A stretch of DNA of 64,000 nt from an uncultured Candidatus Entotheonella sp. (GTDB lineage: Bacteria; Tectomicrobia; Entotheonellia; Entotheonellales; Entotheonellaceae), in contig CBDCDA010000001.1 in NCBI GenBank assembly GCA_965215335.1, positions 736,001-800,000 of the forward strand, in the 5' to 3' direction. The notes below the pieces were generated by a model. It was given only the letters and a program-made list of their open reading frames with translations, was not told the origin of the DNA and made no database searches. How positions within the stretch are numbered: the stretch's first letter is position 1; each line of letters opens with the position of its first letter. The position numbers and the translations under genes were made by a program. This document shows positions 1-9,120 of this stretch, piece by piece.

Positions 1-185
1 AATACGCGTACCAACGCAGGTCTTCGGGTCAGAGCCGAACTTGACGCAAGAACATACCCGACCGCAGTGGTGACGACGAACGCCGAGATGGACGCCCTGT
101 CGCTCCATCGCAACGCGTTCCACGGCGACTGGAACTATGAGTTACACCCACGATGAAGTTGGAAACCTAAATTGGATCAAATTCC
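1..185 (+). mobile_element. 3' end of an ISAzo13-family IS (transposase C-terminus plus terminal IR)
   Basis: Matches the reverse complement of the 59777-end of the full ISAzo13 copy; transposase ends ...WNYELHPR*; terminal CAAATTCC followed by TTA (186-188). Confidence 0.92.
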
Positions 186-1165
186 TTAGCGCCCCTCTCA
201 GCGATACCATTAGCACCTACACGTGGTATGCGTGGCTGGGAAATGATTTCGATGGCTATTTTCGCGGCTATTACCCGACTGCGACCGCCAATGACGACAG
301 GGCGGCCGGAGACGGCAAGGTCGAGCCTAATGGCAATGACTGGGCTATCGGCACTCGTGTCGGCTTTACGCTCGCGGAGGGTTTGGGCGTCGATTTGATA
401 TATGCCTACCAACTGGATGAGTGCAGCGTTGTCGACGACGATGACTGTGGCGACGAAAATCGCAACTGGGTCGGCGGCACCATGCGTTACCAGTACGGCG
501 ATTTCAGTCTTTTGCCAAGCCTGATGTTGTACTTCGCCGATCATGCTATAGATGGCGACACCGAGTCATTTTTGCTCGACGTGCGTGCCAAATATGTCAC
601 CGGCCCCTTGTCCTTGTCAGGCCGAGTGGTGTACACGCCGGGAGACAGTGACGGCAATGATCGTTCCTACGATCTGATTGGTGTCTGGGGCATCCCTGGG
701 AGTGTCATGTGGTTCAATTTGTTCGGCAATGCCTACGGCCAGAACGATTTGGGGCCCTTGACCCTTAGCGCTGGCAGTCCCCAGATGAATATCAGATTCG
801 AGAATCACGGTCTGATGCACGCCGCTGCCAAGGCGGACTATACGCTGACCCCGCAGATGACCTTGTCGACAGCCTTGGGTATCTTCAACGCAGTCGAAGA
901 TGTCGAGGGAGCCACCCCGTCGGATCTTGCGGATGCGGACAAGGCGGAGGAGGGCAGCGCGAATCCTGTTACTTATGCCGGCGGGACGCACATTGCTACC
1001 GAGTTTGATGCCTGGCTAACCTATCAACTCTATTCCAACGCCAGTGTTTCATTCTGGGTGGCTTACGCCGTGACCGGCGACGCCCTGAATCTGATGAAGG
1101 GCGCCACGGAATACGAGTCCCAGGACGTGGCGGCAGCCGGCGCCAGAGTGGTTTACAGCTTCTAA
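186..1165 (+). pseudogene. C-terminal part of an outer-membrane beta-barrel (porin-like) protein, 5' end cut off by the IS
   Basis: Amphipathic beta-strand pattern, acidic loops, C-terminal ...ARVVYSF; no signal peptide; the ATG at 137 lies inside the IS. Confidence 0.75.
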
Positions 1166-1188
1166 TCCAACCCCCGCCAAGCAGGTCC

Positions 1189-1230
1189 CAATGGCCGACG
1201 GCTTCCCCAGCCGTCGGCCATTGTTGTTTC
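1189..1230 (+). terminator. Intrinsic terminator
   Basis: CAATGGCCGACGGCT-TCCCC-AGCCGTCGGCCATTG stem followed by TTGTTT. Confidence 0.75.
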
Positions 1231-1231
1231 G

Positions 1232-1263
1232 ACTGCCCAGCTAATCCTGCCTCGATGACGGTG
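1232..1263. repeat. ~32-bp direct repeat, copy 1
   Basis: ACTGCCCAGCTAATCCTGCCTCGATGACGGTG; copy 2 at 2564-2594 differs by one indel. Confidence 0.85.
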
Positions 1264-1308
1264 CTTGACCGTCAGGACCCGTATGCGTCGGGCAAGCTTG
1301 CGCCGGGT

Positions 1309-1668
1309 TCAGGGCGAGGGCGTGTCGGCGGTCTGGAGTCGCTGCCTGAGGACGTCGATTTGGCCTTCGTTGCGGGAGACGCGCTCGCTGATGCTGACGG
1401 TGAGTTGGCGGAGTTCCGTGACGTCGTTTTCCAGGCGTTCGAGGCGTTGATCCATGGCGTCGAAGCGCTGGTTGATGTATTTGTCTTGGGCGTCGAAGCG
1501 CTGGTTCATCTCGGCTCTCATGTCGTTCAGGCGTTGGTTCATGTCGTCGAGTCGGTGGTGGATTGAATTGGTGGATGTCAGGATGACGGTCAGGACGGTA
1601 GCAAGGGCGACGACAGTCGAGAGGACAATCGTAATGGGGACACTGTTTTCTTTGATCCAGTCCTGCAT
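1309..1668 (-). CDS. Small membrane-anchored coiled-coil protein (N-terminal TM helix, NQRFD repeats)
   Basis: MQDWIKENSVPITIVLSTVVALATVLTVIL then RLDDMNQRLNDMRAEMNQRFDAQDKYINQRFDAMDQRLERLE. Confidence 0.8.
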   Translation of the reverse strand: MQDWIKENSVPITIVLSTVVALATVLTVILTSTNSIHHRLDDMNQRLNDMRAEMNQRFDAQDKYINQRFDAMDQRLERLENDVTELRQLTVSISERVSRNEGQIDVLRQRLQTADTPSP

Positions 1669-1907
1669 GGTGAGGGGCCTCCCGCATGGTGAACGTCGAG
1701 GGATTGTATCGCAGGCTGAGGGTATTCCGGTTAACCGGCTTGGATGACTGTCAAACTCGTTCACAAGCCAAATTCGACTTCGCTTCAAAGCCAGCGCTGA
1801 CGTGCGCCAAACTCGACGTGCGCCAAACTCGAAGTTCGCGAGCAAAAACCGGCTGCTTCAAAGCTTTCGGCGGGGTCCGTTTAAGCGCATTTTCAGCCTC
1901 TGGCCTT

Positions 1908-2090
1908 TATAGTAAAGCGGTTTTCGCACGACTGTGTGGCAAATCTGGCGGTGATGTAGCAGCACTGCGGACTTCAAGGGTGGCGCGGGCTTTCAGCCCG
2001 TGTGGAGGGCGGAATCGCCCTCCGTGGGCAGACAGGAAGTTTGCCTCACCCACCCGGCGAAAACCAGACATACGAACGCAAACCGCTATA
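1908..2090. mobile_element. Putative MITE with internal REP-like hairpins
   Basis: Imperfect terminal IRs TATAG(TAAA)GCGGTTTTCG / CGCAAACCGCTATA; internal palindromes GCGGGCTTTCAGCCCGT and GGAGGGCGGAATCGCCCTCC; no convincing ORF. Confidence 0.45.
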
Positions 2091-2134
2091 ATGAATTCCA
2101 CGAGTCCTTCTGACGGGCTGCTTACCGTCTACGG

Positions 2135-2458
2135 CTACTCCGGCGTCGCAAAGAAAGTCCGCCAGAGCAGGGCGAGCACCGCGAACAGCAGCGGCGTATT
2201 GAAGGCCAGAAGCCGATTCACCTTGCCGTTCAGGGCCTTGAAATCACCCCGCAGCGCCTCGATTTTCACGGTCACCTCGGCTTGCAGCGCCTCGATTTCC
2301 GTGCGCACGTCGGCGCGGAGCCCTTCCAGGTCCGCCTTGGTGGCCAGTTGGCAGGTGTCGGCATCCGCCAGCGCGGTGACGATTGCCGCCGCCTGCGGCT
2401 CCGGCATGCCGCCATCGAGCAGGCCGGTCTTGAGCGCCAGGGTGTCGATCAAGGGCAT
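2135..2458 (-). CDS. DUF1640/CCDC90-like head-neck-coiled-coil protein with C-terminal TM anchor
   Basis: IDTLAL...GMPEPQAAAIV head, LATKADL neck motif, heptad stalk, hydrophobic C-terminus. Confidence 0.8.
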   Translation of the reverse strand: MPLIDTLALKTGLLDGGMPEPQAAAIVTALADADTCQLATKADLEGLRADVRTEIEALQAEVTVKIEALRGDFKALNGKVNRLLAFNTPLLFAVLALLWRTFFATPE

Positions 2459-2563
2459 CGTGAAGTCCTTTTCGGGTTGAGTGGAGAACGCGGCAAACAG
2501 TCTACCACCTCACATGATACGCCGGCCTGTACACGAGGCAAGGAAAGGGAATGGATGGCAGCA

Positions 2564-2594
2564 ACTGCCCAGCAATCCTGCCTCGATGACGGTG
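2564..2594. repeat. ~32-bp direct repeat, copy 2
   Basis: ACTGCCCAGCAATCCTGCCTCGATGACGGTG. Confidence 0.85.
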
Positions 2595-2794
2595 TTTGGC
2601 CCACGGGACGGTGTGAACCCGTGGATGCAGTTTGCCCTCTGGATTTCGCCCCGCTTTTTGGTCGCGCCTCTCGCGGTCGTCAGGTGACGGACAGCCCAGG
2701 CCCTGATAGGATGGGTTGTGCAGGTGGCGAGAAAAGCGGGATGCCGAGCAGGCGCTACCGTGCGGCTTCGGGCATGACGGAGAGGAGGGGTGAG

Positions 2795-3181
2795 ATGGAT
2801 TGGAAAGCACTGGGCAACGTCGCCGCCCTGGTGGGCGTGTTGGTGGCGATGGCCGTGATGTTCAACCAGGTCAACGGACGCCTGGACCGCATGCAGGCCG
2901 AGAACAACCGGCGCTTCGACGCCTTGCAGGCCGAGAACAACCGGCGCTTCGACGCCTTGCAGACCGAGAGCAACCGGCGCTTCGACGCCTTGCAGACCGA
3001 GAGCAACCGGCGCTTCGACGCCTTGCAGACCGAGATCAACACCTTGCAGAGCGAGACCAACCGGCGCTTCGACGACATGGACCGCCGGTTTGACCAGTTG
3101 TTGGAGGCGTTGCGCGTTTTCGAGGGCAGAATCACGCGTCTCGAAGAGAAGGTGGGCATCGGCGCCGATACCGCCGAATAG
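2795..3181 (+). CDS. Small membrane-anchored coiled-coil protein with 11-residue repeats
   Basis: RBS GAGGAGG; MDWKALGNVAALVGVLVAMAVMF TM helix; (Q[AT]E[NS]NRRFDAL) x4 plus degenerate copies. Confidence 0.85.
   Translation: MDWKALGNVAALVGVLVAMAVMFNQVNGRLDRMQAENNRRFDALQAENNRRFDALQTESNRRFDALQTESNRRFDALQTEINTLQSETNRRFDDMDRRFDQLLEALRVFEGRITRLEEKVGIGADTAE
2892..3076 (+). repeat. 33-bp in-frame tandem repeat (4 full units plus partial units)
   Basis: TGCAG[GA]CCGAGA[AG]CAACCGGCGCTTCGACGCCT units. Confidence 0.95.
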
Positions 3182-3386
3182 CAGAAGGCGTCGGCGGACA
3201 GGGATCGACGGATTCGCGTTCTTTACAAGACCGACCGTTTGCCTTATCATGTACTCTTGGATCAGCCGCAGATTTTGCCAAGTTCGGGAATGTCATCAGC
3301 ACTGAAACGCGCTTCAGCAGGCGGCCACCCACAAGGGACCTGGCGGCTGAAGAAGAATGAGGGGCCAGCTAAATAAGGAAAATTCC

Positions 3387-4652
3387 ATGGCGCGGAAGCT
3401 TCGGGGAAAACCGGTGTGGCTATGGTCGATCATTGTCGTTCTGGTGAGCATTTGCACGGGCGTGGTGATGGCGAATCGCCACCCCTTCCAAAACGAGCGC
3501 TATGAGAACCTCAGAATTTTTACGGAAGTCTTTTCCTACGTCGAGGCCAATTACGTGGAGGAGGTGGAGTCCGACCGGGTCATCCACGGCGCCATCCGCG
3601 GCATGCTGCGCAGCCTTGATCCGCATTCGTCCTTCATGCCGCCGGAAATGTTCGGCGAAATGCAGGTCGAAACGGAAGGACGCTTCGGCGGCCTGGGCAT
3701 CGAGATTACGATCCGCGACGACGTGCTGACCGTGGTCTCCCCTATCGAGGGCACGCCGGCCTTCCGGGCGGGCATCGAGGCCGGCGACCAGATCGTGCTC
3801 GTGGAGGGTGAGTCGACCAAGGACATGACGTTGATCGAAGCGGTGAAGAAGCTCCGAGGTCCTGAAGGCACGGAGGTGACGATCGGCGTTCTGCGCCCGG
3901 GTTTCACCGAACCCAAGGATTTCACCATCGTCCGCGCGGTCATCGAGATCCAGAGCGTGCGATGGGCCCAGCTGCCTGAGGACGTGGGATACATCAAGCT
4001 GCGAAGCTTCCAAAAAACCACCGTGAACGAGGTGAAGGAAGCCCTGCAGGATCTCGAGTCGCAAGGCATTTCCGCCCTCATCCTTGACCTCCGCAACAAT
4101 CCGGGCGGTCTCTTGGACCAGGCGATCGCGGTGTCCGAGGTCTTTCTGGAAGACGGCAAGCTGATTGTCTATACCAAGGGGCGCCTGAACAATCAGAATA
4201 TGAAGGGGTTCTCGAAAGGTGGGGATATCTGGTCCAACCAGCCGCTGGTCATTTTGATCAACGGCGGCAGCGCCAGTGCTTCCGAAATTGTTGCCGGCGC
4301 CTTGAAGGATTGGGACCGCGCCACCCTTATCGGCACGCAAAGCTTCGGCAAGGGCTCGGTGCAAACGATCATTCCGCTCAGCGACGGATCGGGCCTGCGT
4401 CTGACGACGGCCAAGTATTACACGCCCAACAACGCCGAAATTCACGGCAAGGGGATTACGCCGGACGTCGTTGTCGAGATGGAACCGGTAACCGAGTCCG
4501 ACGAGCCAGGGTCGGAACTGCGCAACCGGCGTCAGATGGAGCTACCAGGCGAAGATCTGTCCGGCGACACGCAACTGCAAAAGGCTTTTGACTTCCTCAC
4601 CGGCGAAATGACAGAGAAGGAGAAGGCCGCTCAAGCCGAACCGCAGGAGTAA
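3387..4652 (+). CDS. ctpA: C-terminal processing protease, S41 family, with PDZ domain
   Basis: LDPHS, GGLGIEI, DLRNNPGG, SASASEI and FGKGSVQ motifs. Confidence 0.95.
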   Translation: MARKLRGKPVWLWSIIVVLVSICTGVVMANRHPFQNERYENLRIFTEVFSYVEANYVEEVESDRVIHGAIRGMLRSLDPHSSFMPPEMFGEMQVETEGRFGGLGIEITIRDDVLTVVSPIEGTPAFRAGIEAGDQIVLVEGESTKDMTLIEAVKKLRGPEGTEVTIGVLRPGFTEPKDFTIVRAVIEIQSVRWAQLPEDVGYIKLRSFQKTTVNEVKEALQDLESQGISALILDLRNNPGGLLDQAIAVSEVFLEDGKLIVYTKGRLNNQNMKGFSKGGDIWSNQPLVILINGGSASASEIVAGALKDWDRATLIGTQSFGKGSVQTIIPLSDGSGLRLTTAKYYTPNNAEIHGKGITPDVVVEMEPVTESDEPGSELRNRRQMELPGEDLSGDTQLQKAFDFLTGEMTEKEKAAQAEPQE

Positions 4653-4709
4653 CCCACGGTCCACGCACCCGTGTGGCGGCTTGATCGGTGCCCCTGACGG
4701 AATTCCAGC

Positions 4710-5843
4710 ATGCTCACCTTGGGAATCGAGACCTCGTGCGACGAAACGTCCGCGGCCGTCCTGGTGGACGGCCGCGATGTCCTCGCCAACATCATTTCCT
4801 CACAACACGACATCCACGCGGCCTACGGGGGCGTGGTTCCGGAACTGGCTTGCCGGAGCCATACGGAGAACCTCCGGCCCGTGGTCGAAGCCGCCCTGGA
4901 GCAGGCAGGCGTGACGCTGCACGCCATCGACCTCATCGGCGTCACGCAAGGTCCGGGACTCGTCGGCGCGCTTTTGGTTGGGTTGAGCTTTGCGAAATCC
5001 ATGGCTTACGGCCTAGGGAAACCGCTGGTCGGCGTGCATCACCTGGACGGCCATGTCAGCGCCATCTATCTCGGCAACGAACCGGTGCCGTGCCCATTCG
5101 TCGCCCTGGTGGTCTCCGGGGGGCATTCGGACTTGTACTACTGCCTGCAAAGGGGGCGATACGACGTATTGGGGCGGACGCGCGACGATGCGGCTGGCGA
5201 ATGCTTCGACAAGGTTGCCAAGATGCTCAGTCTGGGCTATCCTGGGGGTCCGGTCGTCAACCGTCTGGCAGAGCACGGGAACCCTGCGGCGATACATTTC
5301 CCGCGTGCCATGCAGGGACAGAACAACCTGGACTTCAGCTTCAGCGGTGTGAAAGCCGCTGTCCGCTCTTACCTTCTCGATGCAAGCGACCCGCAGGGTC
5401 GACGTTTTTTTCAGGACGATTCCTTCTGGCCGTTACCTGATGGACCACAGTGGGTACAGCACTGCAACGACATTCTGGCCAGCTTTCAGGAAGCGGTTGT
5501 TGATACCTTGGTGAGCAAGACGATTCGAGCCGTCGAACGGACCAAGGCTGAGGCCATCGCCGTGGTAGGCGGGGTGGCTTGCAACACAGCCCTTCGGCGG
5601 CGGATGACTTCGGCGGGAGAATCGTTGGGTTTGCCGGTCCTCTTTCCGCCCCCTGTCTTGTGTACCGACAATGCCGCCATGATTGCCGCCGCCGCAACTT
5701 TCCGATACGAGGCCGGCAGGGAGCTTTACCAGTACCCCGCCTTTCTCGGTCTCGATGCACGTCCCAACCTGGATGTTTCGGAGATGGCCCCTGGCGCCGA
5801 ACAGTCGGGTTCACGCACGAAGAGGTGTCGCGGAGCATGGTGA
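4710..5843 (+). CDS. tsaD: tRNA N6-adenosine threonylcarbamoyltransferase
   Basis: LGIETSCDET, GGVVPELA, HLDGH, VSGGH and CTDNAAMIA motifs. Confidence 0.97.
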   Translation: MLTLGIETSCDETSAAVLVDGRDVLANIISSQHDIHAAYGGVVPELACRSHTENLRPVVEAALEQAGVTLHAIDLIGVTQGPGLVGALLVGLSFAKSMAYGLGKPLVGVHHLDGHVSAIYLGNEPVPCPFVALVVSGGHSDLYYCLQRGRYDVLGRTRDDAAGECFDKVAKMLSLGYPGGPVVNRLAEHGNPAAIHFPRAMQGQNNLDFSFSGVKAAVRSYLLDASDPQGRRFFQDDSFWPLPDGPQWVQHCNDILASFQEAVVDTLVSKTIRAVERTKAEAIAVVGGVACNTALRRRMTSAGESLGLPVLFPPPVLCTDNAAMIAAAATFRYEAGRELYQYPAFLGLDARPNLDVSEMAPGAEQSGSRTKRCRGAW

Positions 5844-5903
5844 TGATCAGGAGCAGCAAGCCGCTGCAGATGGTGATGTTTTCCTGTTTCTGAGGGAGGA
5901 GGT

Positions 5904-6284
5904 TTGTCGGATATGTTGAGCAAGCATGCGGTGGTTTTCTTTACGACGGCGGTGGTGGCACTAGTAGGCGGTATTTCCGAGTCGGCGGACATCGAGGCTG
6001 GCAAAACGCTTTATGAGCAGCGTTGCGGGCCCTGTCACGGGCCGGATGGCAAGGCCAACACGCCGACCGCCAAAGCCTTGCAGCCCCCACCAAGGGACCA
6101 CACCGACGGGGCCTACATGAACGCACTGTCGGACGAACACCTGTTCAGAGTCATCAAAGAAGGCGGTCCCGCTGTCGGCAAATCCCCAATCATGCCGCCG
6201 CAGTTCGACCTGAAAGATGACCAATTGCAGAGCCTCGTGGCCTTTATACGAACGCTCGCAGTCCCGCCGCCACCAGGGCAGTAA
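5904..6284 (+). CDS. Monoheme class I cytochrome c
   Basis: Signal-like N-terminus, CGPCH heme motif, distal MPP Met ligand; start may be ATG 5913. Confidence 0.9.
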   Translation: MSDMLSKHAVVFFTTAVVALVGGISESADIEAGKTLYEQRCGPCHGPDGKANTPTAKALQPPPRDHTDGAYMNALSDEHLFRVIKEGGPAVGKSPIMPPQFDLKDDQLQSLVAFIRTLAVPPPPGQ

Positions 6285-6646
6285 TTAGGGCCGCCAGCAC
6301 CAAACGCAAGCTCAGTCACGGAACCGTTCCACTCACTCGTTGCGGAGCGGGCAACCCATCCACGTGCCGCAAGGGCACAAATTGCCAAAGTCCCTGCCCG
6401 CTCCCGTATATAGCACAGCAACCCACCCTAGGTCACGGACCGCACATACGAAGGCAACGAGAGGCGCTAGCTCATCGCTAGCTCATATTGTCGCATACGT
6501 TCACGCTCGTTGTTCCACCTCTCCAGGGTCGGTCGACCCACGTTCAGCACGACCGCGAGGTATTGAACGTCATCGCTTCAGGATCACCGCTTTCGATAAC
6601 GCAGCACGGTGCACTTGGGTGCTGAAAACGTCGATTTTCCAGGATG

Positions 6647-7080
<434 letters not shown>

Positions 7081-7221
7081 TGTCCTGAATCATAGCCTGA
7101 CCTTATATCTTCACTGCATCGACCATCCCCAGATCCCTGCATGGTTCCCAAATACACTGTCGAGAAGCGACACATTGAGACCATCGATCTCTCAGGTGTC
7201 GAAATTTGCCCCTTGACCCCC

Positions 7222-7250
7222 TTGACGGGTTTCGAAGAGGTTCCTATATT
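7222..7250 (+). promoter_or_regulatory. Sigma70-type promoter of the dcw operon
   Basis: TTGACG-N17-TATATT. Confidence 0.75.
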
Positions 7251-7258
7251 CTCCTCAG

Positions 7259-7283
7259 GTGGGAGAAAGTGGGATGAAGTGGA
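7259..7283 (+). promoter_or_regulatory. MraZ-binding repeats
   Basis: GTGGG-N5-GTGGG-N5-GTGGA with 10-bp period just upstream of mraZ. Confidence 0.85.
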
Positions 7284-7319
7284 GTAAAATGCCTCGGCAA
7301 TCTCAAAGGACGCCCTGTC

Positions 7320-7769
7320 GTGTTAGTGGGCGAATACGATCTCAGCCTAGACGAAAAAGGCCGTTTGAGCGTACCCGCGGGACTGCGTCATATCCTGCAC
7401 GAGCTCTACGGTCCCGAGGACGGAAGCCTCCTGTTCATTACCAGGTATTTCGAGAACTGCCTGGTCGTCTACCCCAAGCCCGTTTGGATGGACATTCAGG
7501 AACAGGTGAACGATCTGCCGAACGATGCCAAGGCTCGCTCTTTCACACGCAGCTTTTATTCCAGCGCCTCCATGTTGAACCTGGACCGGCAGGGGCGCAT
7601 GCTGATCCCGCAGAAGTTGCGGCAATGCGCTGGCATCGGTTCCGATGCTCACATGGTCGGGGTCGGAAGAAAACTCGAATTGTGGTCCCCGACCCGTTGG
7701 GAGGCTTACGAAGCAAGTCAGCCGACCGATTTCGAGTCTCACGAACAAATCGCTGCTCTCAAGCTGTGA
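7320..7769 (+). CDS. mraZ: Transcriptional regulator MraZ
   Basis: LDEKGRLSVP and LDRQGRMLIP duplicated AbrB-like motifs. Confidence 0.95.
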   Translation: MLVGEYDLSLDEKGRLSVPAGLRHILHELYGPEDGSLLFITRYFENCLVVYPKPVWMDIQEQVNDLPNDAKARSFTRSFYSSASMLNLDRQGRMLIPQKLRQCAGIGSDAHMVGVGRKLELWSPTRWEAYEASQPTDFESHEQIAALKL

Positions 7770-7779
7770 GGCAACCCTG

Positions 7780-8739
7780 GTGAACGCCACGCCATCCGTC
7801 AAACATTGCGCTGTCATGAAGCAGGAGGTGCTCAGCCATTTGCTAAGCCCTGGTCCAGCCGTTTATGTGGACTGCACCTTGGGCAGCGGCGGGCATAGCC
7901 GCGCTTTGTTGGCGGCGAGTGAGGCGTCAAGCATGGTAATCGGCATCGACCGCGATCAAGATTGCATCGCTTCAGCGCGTGACTGGGGACAGCCGTGGCG
8001 TCAGCGGTTGCTGACGCGACACGGCAGTTTTCGTGATCTTGGAGAGATCTTGCAGACGTATGGGCACCCGCGTGTCGACGGCATCCTCTTCGACCTCGGG
8101 GTATCGTCGCATCAGTTGGACACGCCCTCGCGCGGTTTCAGCTTTCGCCAAGACGGTCCTCTCGACATGCGCATGGATACCCGGCAGGAGGCCACCGCCA
8201 GCACCCTGGTGAATCAGGCTTCCAGCGAGCAGTTACGAACCATCTTCCGCACGCTGGGCCAGGAACGCTGGGCCGGACGAATTGCCAAGGCCATCGTGAA
8301 TGCGCGTGACCACTCAGCCATCACGCGCACGCGTCATTTGGCCGACCTCATTGCTCAAACCATCCCGCGAGCCGCCTGGCCACCCCGCATTCATCCCGCG
8401 ACGCGTGTCTTTCAGGCCCTCCGCATGGCGGTGAATCACGAACTGCCGGCTCTGGCCAGCGCCTTGCCACAAGCCGTAGTGGCGCTGCGCAGTGGCGGCC
8501 GCCTCGGCGTCATCGCCTTTCATTCTCTGGAAGACCGGCAGGTCAAGACGTTTTTTCACCAGCAGGCGCGGGGCTGCCAGTGTCCGCCGCGTCTTCCCCA
8601 ATGCCGCTGTGGCCAACGACCGCAGTTGAAAATCCTGACGCGCAAACCGCTCGTTCCCCGGCCTGAAGAGCAGGCATCCAACCCGCGCAGCCGGAGCGCG
8701 CGATTTCGAGCTGCGGAAAAACTGGACATCGAGAACTAG
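7780..8739 (+). CDS. rsmH: 16S rRNA m4C1402 methyltransferase
   Basis: DCTLGSGGHS, DLGVSS, PLDMRMD, FHSLEDR and NPRSRSA motifs; start inferred at GTG 7780. Confidence 0.96.
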   Translation: MNATPSVKHCAVMKQEVLSHLLSPGPAVYVDCTLGSGGHSRALLAASEASSMVIGIDRDQDCIASARDWGQPWRQRLLTRHGSFRDLGEILQTYGHPRVDGILFDLGVSSHQLDTPSRGFSFRQDGPLDMRMDTRQEATASTLVNQASSEQLRTIFRTLGQERWAGRIAKAIVNARDHSAITRTRHLADLIAQTIPRAAWPPRIHPATRVFQALRMAVNHELPALASALPQAVVALRSGGRLGVIAFHSLEDRQVKTFFHQQARGCQCPPRLPQCRCGQRPQLKILTRKPLVPRPEEQASNPRSRSARFRAAEKLDIEN

Positions 8740-8742
8740 ACC

Positions 8743-9120
8743 ATGAAAAGCCAACAACAGCAGGCCTCAGACACGGTACGACGACAGCGCCGGGAGCGCA
8801 TGATGGGCAAGCCGGCGATCTTCGCCCTGTTTTGTTGTACCGTTGCGATACTAGGCGGCATTTTGATCTACCTCTGGCCGCAGATGCGGCTTGTAAACAT
8901 GGGCTATCACGAAGGCGTTCTTCAAAAACGGCTCGTAGAAGCCCTGCAGCGCCAAGAGGAGTTGCGCCTGGAACTCGTCTCGCTGAGTCAGCTATCTCGT
9001 ATTGAAGAGATCGCCACCAGATTTCTTGGTTTGCGAACCCCTCAGAGCACGCAGATCATTTACGTGCGTTCGCAGCCCGACCCCCAGCACGACCTCCAAA
9101 CCGTAACGAGGGAACCATGA
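8743..9120 (+). CDS. ftsL: Cell division protein FtsL
   Basis: Single TM plus coiled coil, RIEEIATRFLGL, position between rsmH and ftsI. Confidence 0.85.
   Translation: MKSQQQQASDTVRRQRRERMMGKPAIFALFCCTVAILGGILIYLWPQMRLVNMGYHEGVLQKRLVEALQRQEELRLELVSLSQLSRIEEIATRFLGLRTPQSTQIIYVRSQPDPQHDLQTVTREP

Noticed and set aside
137..1165. Complete 342-aa gene starting at 137
   Set aside because: The first 16 codons derive from the IS end and there is no signal peptide.
1799..1832. 16-bp tandem duplication GACGTGCGCCAAACTC x2 as an operator
   Set aside because: Only two units with no regulatory context; likely slippage.
2892..3076. CRISPR array
   Set aside because: The 33-bp units are contiguous with no unique spacers, lie in frame within a CDS, and no cas genes are present.
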